In this document: positions 17,802 through 25,702 of the stretch, piece after piece
Layout: each line of letters begins with the position of its first letter
Numbering within the stretch: the first letter of the stretch is position 1
Assembly: GCA_944381255.1 (NCBI GenBank)
Contig: CALWKL010000025.1
Span: forward strand, 1-32,882
Length of the DNA stretch: 32,882 bases
Direction: 5' to 3'
Source: an uncultured Clostridia bacterium
GTDB taxonomy: Bacteria > Bacillota > Clostridia > Christensenellales > UBA1242
Program-made: the position numbers and the translations under genes
Notes under the pieces: model-generated
What the model saw: only the letters and a program-made list of their open reading frames with translations
Told to the model about the DNA's origin: nothing
The model's database searches: none

Positions 17802-17830
17802 ATTTTATCACAACTAGCAAGATTTGGCAA
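17802..17830 (-). promoter_or_regulatory. sigma-A-type extended -10 promoter of the TM-protein/ATPase cassette
   Basis: Minus strand reads TTGCCA, 17 nt, (TGa)TAAAAT, about 40 nt upstream of the ATG at 17760. Confidence 0.5.
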
Positions 17831-17843
17831 TCAATTTGGGCAA

Positions 17844-17870
17844 TAAAAAAGCACCCAAATTATGAGTGCA
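17844..17870 (-). terminator. intrinsic terminator after the 233-aa gene
   Basis: GCACCCA/TGAGTGC stem (one mismatch) starting 8 nt after the stop. A T-run follows on the minus strand. Confidence 0.5.
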
Positions 17871-17877
17871 TTTTTAA

Positions 17878-18579
17878 TTATACAGAGAATTTACCTTCGT
17901 CGTAAAGAGCCTGTAGCACATTGTATAATCCTACATAATTACCATATGCTGTATAATAAAATCTTGTTGTTGTACTGCTAGTTGCGGCAGTATCTCTACG
18001 CAAATAGAAGTAAGAGTATTTTGCTTGGTCTCCTTGACTCACTGCAAAAGTAGCAGCTACATAGTAAACTGGGTCTGTTACTTGAGTACCATTACTTAAC
18101 TCATAAGTAAACTGCTGACCATTTTTATCGGTCATAAGTTGCTTCTCATCCCAATAGAAAGTTACAGAGTAAGTAGTAGCATTAGCCAAACTTCCATATG
18201 ATTTTGAAGATTGTGTATCATATACTGCAGTCATACCCTTGCCAGCATAACCATTGAATATTGTCTCGATAACTACTGGGCTACTAGAATTATTATAAGC
18301 GTCCCAAACTCTATAAAAGTCTACACGAGTACTTTCTGTATCTTCATACAATGTAAGGGTCTGCGATTCACTCTTGATAACTACACGATCAGGAGTTGAA
18401 TTGAACTTGGCACCAGTATAAGTAGGTACTACTGCCAAAATGATAGTAGTGATTATTAGCGCAGCAATAATTGAATAAGAAACAATCATAATAATACGAT
18501 TAGTCAATGTCATACGCTCAAAAAATGATTTATGAGCAGTACTTGTAATAGCGCTATTAGTAATTTCTTGATTTTCCAT
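17878..18579 (-). CDS. single-pass membrane-anchored protein with a beta-rich extracytoplasmic domain (hypothetical)
   Basis: N-terminal anchor IIMIVSYSIIAALIITTIILAVV, then a Y/T/S-rich domain. RBS AAAGGGAAC. I cannot assign a family. Confidence 0.7.
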   Translation of the reverse strand: MENQEITNSAITSTAHKSFFERMTLTNRIIMIVSYSIIAALIITTIILAVVPTYTGAKFNSTPDRVVIKSESQTLTLYEDTESTRVDFYRVWDAYNNSSSPVVIETIFNGYAGKGMTAVYDTQSSKSYGSLANATTYSVTFYWDEKQLMTDKNGQQFTYELSNGTQVTDPVYYVAATFAVSQGDQAKYSYFYLRRDTAATSSTTTRFYYTAYGNYVGLYNVLQALYDEGKFSV

Positions 18580-18632
18580 AGTTGTTCCCTTTTTAAGTAA
18601 AATTGAAGCAAAGCACTAAATTTTGCTAAAAT

Positions 18633-18661
18633 ATATTAGCACAATTATAGAGGTCGGTCAA
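18633..18661 (-). promoter_or_regulatory. candidate sigma-A promoter for the 233-aa gene
   Basis: Minus strand reads TTGACC, 17 nt, TAATAT. The -35 abuts the ftsH stop codon. Confidence 0.4.
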
Positions 18662-18662
18662 C

Positions 18663-20936
18663 TTATTTTTCCTCTTTTTTTGTTTTTGCCTTACTTTTTG
18701 CAATTTTCGCATCTGCATTATTTTGTTGTTCTGTTGCATCGGTTTTATCTTTTACTTCTTCTTGTGAAGTTGAATCCTGAGTTGCCTTTGCATCAGTGGC
18801 ATTATTTTGCTCATCTTTGTTAATTTTAGGTTGTGTATCAGTATTGGCTTCATTTACGATATCAGTCTTTTGCGCTGGACTAGATTGTGCTCCAGTGTAA
18901 GCCTTAAAGGCGGTACGCTCCAAGTCATTCATAACATTAACAGAATTAGCGATACGCTCCTCTTCTAATTTCTTCTTACGAGCGAGAGCCTCAGCATCAC
19001 GTTGTTTACGCTCCTCAGCACGTTTGTCCATAGCCTCTATAACCTCAGTAGAACTCTTGCCACTCATCAACTCATCTACCTCTTCAGAGTAGATAGTTTG
19101 CTTTTCAATCAATGTCTTAGCCATTTCGTCTAGGATAGAACGATTTTGCTTCAACACTTCTATTGCGCGTTGCTCACAATCTACAATAATTGACTTAATC
19201 TCTTCATCAATCAAACGAGCAGTGTCATCACTTATATTTGAGCGTTGTTGGAAATCTCTGCCTAAGAATACTTCCCCACCGTCAGCATAACATACAGGGC
19301 CGAGCTTTTCACTCATACCGTATTTAGTAACCATATCACGAGCAATGTTGGTAGCAACTTCTATATCATTGCTAGGGCCAGTCGCCAATTGACCAAATAC
19401 CAATCTCTCAGCAGCACGACCACCCATCAAACCAGTGATATGCTTAATCATCTCATCACGGGTAAGTTGGTAAGTATCTCCACCATGTTTATGGTCCACT
19501 TGAGAGGTCATACCACCAGAAACACCACGAGGAATGATAGTTACTTCCTGAACCTCTTTGTCATCACCATGCAAGGTCTTAATCACTACAGCATGCCCAG
19601 ACTCGTGATAAGCAGTAATCTTCTTCTCCTCATCACTTTGCTTACGATTTTTCTTTTGAGGACCATATTCTACCTTCAATGAACCTTCAAAAATGTCGCT
19701 TTCGGTAATAATATTTCTTCCATCACGGACAGCCAAAATTGCTGCCTCATTAAGTATATTCTCTAGGTCAGCACCAGTGGTAGAAGGCAATCTTCTCGCA
19801 ATTCCCTCCCAGTCAATATCATCTGCGAAAGGTTTATTCTTAGCATACAGCTTCAAAATCTTGATTCTGCCGTCTAGGTCTGGCACATTGACTACGATTC
19901 TTCGGTCAAAACGCCCAGCACGCAAGAGTGCAGGGTCAAGTACATCAGGTCTATTGGTTGCAGCGATTACCACAATACCAGCACTTGACTCAAAACCGTC
20001 CATCTGCACTAGCAATTGGTTAAGAGTCTGCTCACGCTCATCGTTAGTATTACCTAATCCAGCACCACGCTGACGACCCACAGCATCAATCTCATCTATA
20101 AATATTAGACAAGGGCTACTACGCTTAGCAGTCTCGAACAAATCACGCACACGAGCAGCACCGACACCGACATACATTTCTACAAAATCACTACCAGTGA
20201 TACTAAAGAAAGGCACACCAGCCTCGCCCGCAATCGCCTTAGCTAGCAAAGTCTTACCAGTACCTGGAGGGCCTACAAGCATTACACCCTTAGGTATACG
20301 AGCACCCATTTCGGTAAACTTACGAGGATTTTTCAAGAATTCTACAATTTCTTGCATCTCTTGCTTCTCTTCATCGCAACCAGCCACATCACTAAAGCGC
20401 ACCTTTAAGCCACTATCCATTCTAGCTTTGCTACGACCAAATTCTCCATTTCTGCCTGACATCTTGGTCATCGCTTTGTACACGAAGTATCCTAAAACTA
20501 TAAGCATTAATATATAGATGTATGGTAGTATCCGGGATAAGATAGGCTCACTTACAGGCTCAGATTTGATAACTATATCATTAGAAACTGCCTGTACTCT
20601 CTCTTGAATTTCTTGTATTTGGAAAGAGTAGGCTACTGTGATATAAAAATCATATTCTTTAGGGAAATTCTCCAATTTCTTGGCTGTCTCTTCCTCGGTC
20701 TCACCTTTCAAAACACCGTAAACAGTGGAACCATAAAAATACACGCCGGCCACCTTTTGCTCTTCTACAGGGCTCTCGGCAGTACCTAGATACTCATAAA
20801 AAGTATTGATACTTATTTCCTTCTTACTGTCTCCAGTATTGATAAAAGTCAATAGCAGTACAATGACCAAAAAAGCAATTAATAATATTGGGAAAATAGA
20901 TATACGCCTAGGTCCATTGTTGCTTGGTCTATCCAT
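18663..20936 (-). CDS. ftsH: ATP-dependent zinc metalloprotease FtsH
   Basis: [13 protein letters not shown] (Walker A), LIFIDEIDA (Walker B), [19 protein letters not shown] (SRH), HESGHA zinc site, and two N-terminal TM segments. Start set at MDRPS (8 nt after AAGGAG). The track start at 20942 is only 2 nt from the RBS. Confidence 0.93.
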   Translation of the reverse strand: MDRPSNNGPRRISIFPILLIAFLVIVLLLTFINTGDSKKEISINTFYEYLGTAESPVEEQKVAGVYFYGSTVYGVLKGETEEETAKKLENFPKEYDFYITVAYSFQIQEIQERVQAVSNDIVIKSEPVSEPILSRILPYIYILMLIVLGYFVYKAMTKMSGRNGEFGRSKARMDSGLKVRFSDVAGCDEEKQEMQEIVEFLKNPRKFTEMGARIPKGVMLVGPPGTGKTLLAKAIAGEAGVPFFSITGSDFVEMYVGVGAARVRDLFETAKRSSPCLIFIDEIDAVGRQRGAGLGNTNDEREQTLNQLLVQMDGFESSAGIVVIAATNRPDVLDPALLRAGRFDRRIVVNVPDLDGRIKILKLYAKNKPFADDIDWEGIARRLPSTTGADLENILNEAAILAVRDGRNIITESDIFEGSLKVEYGPQKKNRKQSDEEKKITAYHESGHAVVIKTLHGDDKEVQEVTIIPRGVSGGMTSQVDHKHGGDTYQLTRDEMIKHITGLMGGRAAERLVFGQLATGPSNDIEVATNIARDMVTKYGMSEKLGPVCYADGGEVFLGRDFQQRSNISDDTARLIDEEIKSIIVDCEQRAIEVLKQNRSILDEMAKTLIEKQTIYSEEVDELMSGKSSTEVIEAMDKRAEERKQRDAEALARKKKLEEERIANSVNVMNDLERTAFKAYTGAQSSPAQKTDIVNEANTDTQPKINKDEQNNATDAKATQDSTSQEEVKDKTDATEQQNNADAKIAKSKAKTKKEEK

Positions 20937-20968
20937 TATCATTACTCCTTAAAATTATATATTTATTA

Positions 20969-20997
20969 ATTCTATTGTTATAATTAATACTTGTCAA
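20969..20997 (-). promoter_or_regulatory. sigma-A promoter of ftsH
   Basis: Minus strand reads TTGACA, 17 nt, TAGAAT. Confidence 0.5.
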
Positions 20998-21158
20998 GTA
21001 TATCACATTTAAAACAAAAAATAAAGCATTTATACCTAAATTTTGCAAAAGACGACTACCAAAATGTATATTGAACAAATCTTAATATTTTATCAAAAAT
21101 TTTATGCCATATTAATTAAAAATATAATTTAAACAACTAAAGTCGTCCTTTAGTAAAT

Positions 21159-22121
21159 CTAGATAGCACTCACATTACTAACAAAATAAAGTAGAGCATT
21201 CTTTTCATTCATTGCGCCTGATTTAATTTGAAAATCAAGTGAAGCGCCCAAGTCTAGTATACGCTTTAATTGAGCTGGAGTAAATTTTGAACCTACTTCC
21301 CTAGCCACCTTTATAGCATATTCCTTTACCCCAAGTCTAGACGCAATATTTGCATTGCTATCCTTACTCGAGATTGAATAGAACATTCGACGGAAATTAC
21401 TCAATATCATCATCAGTAAAACTTGAGGAGATTCCTTCTTTAATAGCAACTGATTGATTATTTCCATTGCCTTTGCCCCATCTTTTACCGATACAGCCTT
21501 ACCCAACTCAAACACATCAAATTCTACTTCACGATGAACATTCTTTTGCACTATATCAAGGGTAATGACTTCGTTGCTATTTAGCATATTACCAAGTTTA
21601 ATTACCTCATTATTTATGCGGGTATAATCATAATTACAGTACTTGACTAAAGTTTCCAAGGCATCACTATTGATTTTTATACCATAGCTAGATAACTGTG
21701 TAGCTACTAATTTACCTAATAGCACAATATCTAGAGGGCTACAATCTACCAATTCACACAAGGGCTCAATTTGGCGATACGCATTGTTATCTAATGAATC
21801 TACTATTATTAGGACGGTAGTGTCTAGCGGAGCCTTGAGATACTGTAATAGGAGTGATAAGTCATCGGCTTTCTTTACCAAGATATCACGCACTACCACC
21901 ACTCTGCGCTTATCCATCATAGGTATACTTTTGCAAGCAGACACGATAGCAGAAATATCTGCATTCTCATCGGTAAATACTGACAAATTAAGCTCTTTGT
22001 AACTTAGCGAATGTGCAGTAATCATTTCTACCGCCTTCTGTCGCAAAAAAGCATCACCGCCACGTATTAGATAAGCGTGTTTTATATTACCTAGCGATTT
22101 TTTTAAATCTTGAAATTTCAT
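21159..22121 (-). CDS. holA: DNA polymerase III subunit delta
   Basis: About 320 aa with the N-terminal pattern HAYLIRGGDAFL. It lies immediately downstream of comEC, as in the Bacillus comEC-holA arrangement. RBS AAAGGTG. Confidence 0.75.
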   Translation of the reverse strand: MKFQDLKKSLGNIKHAYLIRGGDAFLRQKAVEMITAHSLSYKELNLSVFTDENADISAIVSACKSIPMMDKRRVVVVRDILVKKADDLSLLLQYLKAPLDTTVLIIVDSLDNNAYRQIEPLCELVDCSPLDIVLLGKLVATQLSSYGIKINSDALETLVKYCNYDYTRINNEVIKLGNMLNSNEVITLDIVQKNVHREVEFDVFELGKAVSVKDGAKAMEIINQLLLKKESPQVLLMMILSNFRRMFYSISSKDSNANIASRLGVKEYAIKVAREVGSKFTPAQLKRILDLGASLDFQIKSGAMNEKNALLYFVSNVSAI

Positions 22122-22187
22122 AATTGCACCTTTTTATTATATTATCACAAAGGCAAAATATTGTAAAGCAAAAATATTATTCTAAAT

Positions 22188-23795
22188 TTACATTAGCAAT
22201 GATAATACAAAGCCAACAGAAAATACCGAAAGAGATACTACTGCCAAAGGCACTTTGATTCTTCTTTTTGCAATACAGTGCTGACTACAATAAAAAGCAC
22301 CTGTGTAATATCCTACCAAAGCCCATTCTGGTATAGGTCTTAGTAGAGCAACGGCATTAGGCACACAAGCGAATAGCCAAGCACCTTTGTCCACTATCCA
22401 GAAGCCCCATTGTATTAGCCAGAGGAGTTTTGCAAGGAAAGGCAACAACAGCACTATCAGCGTTACGCCAAACAAAATCATAAATACATAACCAAACAAC
22501 GGCACAAGAATTAAGTTTGCAATTAGTCCAATTATAGAGAAGTAACCAAAAGCATTGATTATCATAGGTGCTGTCATAATAGTAGCAGAAAGAGTCAATG
22601 CTACAGGAGATGCAAAACGGCCAAACTTGATACTTGTAAACATCTTGGTAAGAGGCTTATATAACAAAAATATTCCAAATACACCTAGGTAACTAAGCAA
22701 GAAACTTAAGTCGAATACATATAAAGGGAATAAAAGTAATAAAATTATGCCCGACAGAGAAATACTTGTTAAATCATCACGTTGTTTACCAAAAAGCTGG
22801 GCACTTATCAAAAATACAGACATCATACTACTTCGTACCACACTAGGAGTCATATCGCATAATAGCGCATAAAACCCAAGTACCAAAATTATAATCGCTA
22901 ATTTTACCCAACGATTTATGCGAAACTTATTCATAACCCACAACAATAATAGCATTATAAAAGCAGTATTCAAGCCACTCACTGCCACGACATGCATGAT
23001 ACCTGATATCTGGAAATTATATGCAATCTCTGGATCTAATTCTGTCCTATCACCCACTAGCACGCTAAAAGCAAGACCTGCATAACGAGAATCCATATTT
23101 TCCTTATAAATATTGCGAATATGTTCTCGTACCGAGTCCCAAAAACCCATATTACCTTCAATAAATGTAATGTTATCTAGCGTAACAAAAGTGGAATATT
23201 GGTAGTAATTGTTATAAGCAAAAGTATTGATTCCATCTTTATCAAATATTAAAGAGGTAGATAGTTTACCCGAAATCATCACCTTGTTGCCCGGTAATAT
23301 TTTATCTAATTCAGCATCTGAATAACTTGTCTCACCTTCACGGTAATAGACATATACAAAAACATTGTAATCAAGTTTGTGGGTGTCTACTGATTCAAAA
23401 TTCTCAGCAACGACAGTAACATCACTAATTACAAAATAGATACCTTTTTCCTTTGCTATGTAATTCATATCCACCGTACCATAAATACTGTAAGTGGTAT
23501 CATAATCTGGATAAAATTGAACTTTGTATTGCGAAAAACATAAATGATAGAGCCCAAAGCCTATACCCAAAAATATTGTAATAACCAAAAGAAGCCATTT
23601 TCTTGTAAAGAAATAATCAAAAAATCTACATTTTTTAAAGATAAAATGCAATGCAAAAAAGACTAGCCACAATCCTAGAATAATGAGAATAGCATATAAA
23701 TACCACATACTTTCGTATTGGCATAGTTTTGCTATCCATATTCCAAGCGCTAGCGACAAAAAAGCAAAGAAAATAATTCTAAAGTGCGCTATCAT
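22188..23795 (-). CDS. comEC: ComEC/Rec2 family competence protein (short form: OB/DUF4131 + competence domain, no MBL domain)
   Basis: Polytopic membrane protein with ISGIMHVVAVSGLN (the competence-domain SGxxHxxAxSGL motif). It ends at 535 aa with no HxHxDH region. Confidence 0.8.
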   Translation of the reverse strand: MIAHFRIIFFAFLSLALGIWIAKLCQYESMWYLYAILIILGLWLVFFALHFIFKKCRFFDYFFTRKWLLLVITIFLGIGFGLYHLCFSQYKVQFYPDYDTTYSIYGTVDMNYIAKEKGIYFVISDVTVVAENFESVDTHKLDYNVFVYVYYREGETSYSDAELDKILPGNKVMISGKLSTSLIFDKDGINTFAYNNYYQYSTFVTLDNITFIEGNMGFWDSVREHIRNIYKENMDSRYAGLAFSVLVGDRTELDPEIAYNFQISGIMHVVAVSGLNTAFIMLLLLWVMNKFRINRWVKLAIIILVLGFYALLCDMTPSVVRSSMMSVFLISAQLFGKQRDDLTSISLSGIILLLLFPLYVFDLSFLLSYLGVFGIFLLYKPLTKMFTSIKFGRFASPVALTLSATIMTAPMIINAFGYFSIIGLIANLILVPLFGYVFMILFGVTLIVLLLPFLAKLLWLIQWGFWIVDKGAWLFACVPNAVALLRPIPEWALVGYYTGAFYCSQHCIAKRRIKVPLAVVSLSVFSVGFVLSLLM

Positions 23796-24036
23796 TTTTT
23801 CTCTTTTGTAAATGGAATTGCGTTCATTTTAACACAACTTTATTACATTTTCAACCCCCATACTTAGTTTTAAGAAAAATGAATAGTAGTTTAATTTAAT
23901 CATATTATTTATAAAAATGGGCAAAATTGTAGACTCTAAAGTTTAATATAATCTAGGCAATCTATAAGCGCTGAGTCTAAAATATGTATAAAAAATTATT
24001 ATTTTAAATAAAATCTAAAAATTTTACAAAAAACAC

Positions 24037-24065
24037 TTGAATTTTGCACTGCCTTATGATATACT
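24037..24065 (+). promoter_or_regulatory. sigma-A extended -10 promoter of the tRNA gene
   Basis: TTGAAT, 17 nt, (TGa)TATACT, ending 21 nt before the tRNA 5' end. Confidence 0.55.
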
Positions 24066-24086
24066 AAATTTACACATTAATACTTT

Positions 24087-24161
24087 GCCTTCATAGTATA
24101 AGGGTTAGTACACCAGCCTCTCACGTTGGATATAGGGGTTCGAATCCCCTTGGAGGTACCA
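24087..24161 (+). tRNA. tRNA-Glu (anticodon CUC), CCA encoded
   Basis: Hand-folded cloverleaf: acceptor GCCTTCA/TGGAGGT (two G-U pairs), D arm GTAT-AAGGGTTA-GTAC, anticodon arm CCAGC-CTCTCAC-GTTGG, 4-nt variable loop, T arm AGGGG-TTCGAAT-CCCCT, discriminator A plus CCA. The anticodon arm resembles Bacillus tRNA-Glu. Confidence 0.85.
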
Positions 24162-24167
24162 TTCATT

Positions 24168-24197
24168 GAGCCTTGTTAATAGGCTCTTTCTTTTTTC
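24168..24197 (+). terminator. intrinsic terminator after the tRNA
   Basis: GAGCCT-TGTTAAT-AGGCTC followed by TTTCTTTTTT. Confidence 0.7.
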
Positions 24198-24300
24198 TCT
24201 TACACGACATCTATCTTGAAATTTAATTAAAATTTAATTATTTGCTATTACAATTTTTACATTTTTTAGTAGAACAAAATAGCAAAAACTTCTATTTCAC

Positions 24301-24329
24301 TTGCCAAATCTGACCTACAGTGATAAAAT
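24301..24329 (+). promoter_or_regulatory. sigma-A extended -10 promoter of the hydrolase gene
   Basis: TTGCCA, 17 nt, (TGa)TAAAAT. It matches the promoter at 17802..17830 at 22 of 29 positions. Confidence 0.5.
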
Positions 24330-24362
24330 TTTACAGTCAATCAAAATTTGGAGAAAGAAAAT

Positions 24363-24923
24363 ATGCAAAATATTGTAATCATTCACGGAATGAGTTGTGG
24401 ACTAGATGAATGTTTCGGGTTAGGTTTAAAAGAGAAACTTCATCGAGTAGATAAATATAACATAATAGAGCCTAAATTTGCCATACACCCTAATATTACC
24501 CTAGAAAAATGGATAGATGAAATGGATAAATTTATCGACAAACTAGGTAAAGACTCAATCTTTGTCTGCCATAGTCTAGGCACTCTCTTTGTCATTAAGT
24601 ATATGCACTTACGCAAAATAAAAAGTAAATGTCTAATATGTGTAGCAGGTGGATATCCTGACAGAGTGGTAGACCCAAACACAGCGTATCTTGAACCTTT
24701 TATGCCTAATAGCGAGGACTTTGAATGGGTCAAATCAAACTGTCCTATTAGGTATAATATTTTTAATTCAAAAGACCACATTTGGACTCAAGATATGATA
24801 AAAGAGTATATAAGGCTCCTAGACGCACAGCCTATAGAATTGCCTTACGGAGGGCATTTTGGCAGAAGTTCTGGGGTAAAAGATATACCTGAAATTTTTG
24901 AGATAATTGAAAATATTAAGTAA
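24363..24923 (+). CDS. RBBP9/YdeN-family alpha/beta serine hydrolase
   Basis: IVIIHGM, nucleophile elbow VCHSLGT, then SKDHIW and GGHF (Ser-Asp-His order of the PF06821-type fold). ATG at 24363 lies 9 nt after GGAG. The track start at 24348 is a TTG overlapping the RBS. Confidence 0.75.
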   Translation: MQNIVIIHGMSCGLDECFGLGLKEKLHRVDKYNIIEPKFAIHPNITLEKWIDEMDKFIDKLGKDSIFVCHSLGTLFVIKYMHLRKIKSKCLICVAGGYPDRVVDPNTAYLEPFMPNSEDFEWVKSNCPIRYNIFNSKDHIWTQDMIKEYIRLLDAQPIELPYGGHFGRSSGVKDIPEIFEIIENIK

Positions 24924-24951
24924 AGTAAGCAATTATTCCCCACCAAATAGC

Positions 24952-24984
24952 AAAAAAGCCAATTCTTTTTTAGAGTTGGCTTTT
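24952..24984. terminator. bidirectional intrinsic terminator
   Basis: AAAAGCCAA ... TTGGCTTTT stem between convergent genes. Confidence 0.6.
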
Positions 24985-24987
24985 GGT

Positions 24988-25677
24988 TTATTTTACAATA
25001 TTATTAGTTTGATAATTTTCATTCAAGAAATCATCAAAACTTTCCTTTAGCACATATTGAAGATTGTCAGTAGTAGATAATTTGTTTATTGACACTTCGT
25101 ACGCCGTACGAGTTTCCGAAGTATTCTCATCAATTCTCTTTTGGTACTGACGGCTCTGGATACGGCCAGTAAGATAAAGTTTTTCCCCTACAGAGAGGTC
25201 GCTAACAAATCGTGCATTCCTACCCCAAGCAATACAAGGAAGATAATCTGACTTATTATATGCTCGATTGATAGCCAATAGCATATCACAGATTTCTCTT
25301 TTGAAAGGGGTCATTCTATATACTGGCGCTTTACATATATACCCTTCTAATTCTATTATGTTAGAGTTTTGATTAGCCACTGGCTCTACAATTTCTCTCA
25401 CAAAGACAGTAAGCATCAATTTGCTCTTGCCATCTACAAATTTATTATAACTACGGAATTGCCCGCGCACCGCAAGAGTCGCCCCAATAGAAAGATTGTT
25501 TTCGCCAATCAAGCGCTCAGAAACAGTGATAGGTATCATATCAAATTGCTCTGATAACCTATCCACCTCCAAATTAATGTCATAAAAGCCCTCGCCGTAT
25601 ACCTCGTGGCTAAACACTGGCGAACTAGCCACCTTACCACATAAATACACACGATTGTTATCAAAATCAAAACTCAT
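24988..25677 (-). CDS. single-stranded-DNA-binding-like protein with two tandem OB folds
   Basis: Both halves show the SSB pattern. First: NRVYLCGKV...FYDINLEV...LAVRGQFRSYN. Second: NIIELEGYICKAP...LLAINRAYNKSDYLPCIAWGRNARFV...LYLTGRIQSRQY...AYEVSI. Start at MSFDFD (25677) with a GGAG RBS. The track extension to 25779 overlaps the upstream gene. Confidence 0.75.
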   Translation of the reverse strand: MSFDFDNNRVYLCGKVASSPVFSHEVYGEGFYDINLEVDRLSEQFDMIPITVSERLIGENNLSIGATLAVRGQFRSYNKFVDGKSKLMLTVFVREIVEPVANQNSNIIELEGYICKAPVYRMTPFKREICDMLLAINRAYNKSDYLPCIAWGRNARFVSDLSVGEKLYLTGRIQSRQYQKRIDENTSETRTAYEVSINKLSTTDNLQYVLKESFDDFLNENYQTNNIVK

Positions 25678-25702
25678 AATAATCTCCTTGGTTTTTTGTT
25701 TT

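Noticed and set aside
21051-21147. Inverted repeat AAAGACGACT ... AGTCGTCCTTT downstream of holA, considered as a terminator
   Set aside because: The arms are separated by about 83 nt of AT-rich sequence, which is not a canonical intrinsic terminator. It could form a long-range structure, but I have no supporting evidence.
24087-24988. tRNA-Glu as the attachment site of an integrated element carrying the hydrolase gene
   Set aside because: There is no integrase, recombinase or excisionase gene nearby. By eye I found no direct repeat of the tRNA 3' end downstream. The downstream genes look like ordinary chromosomal genes.
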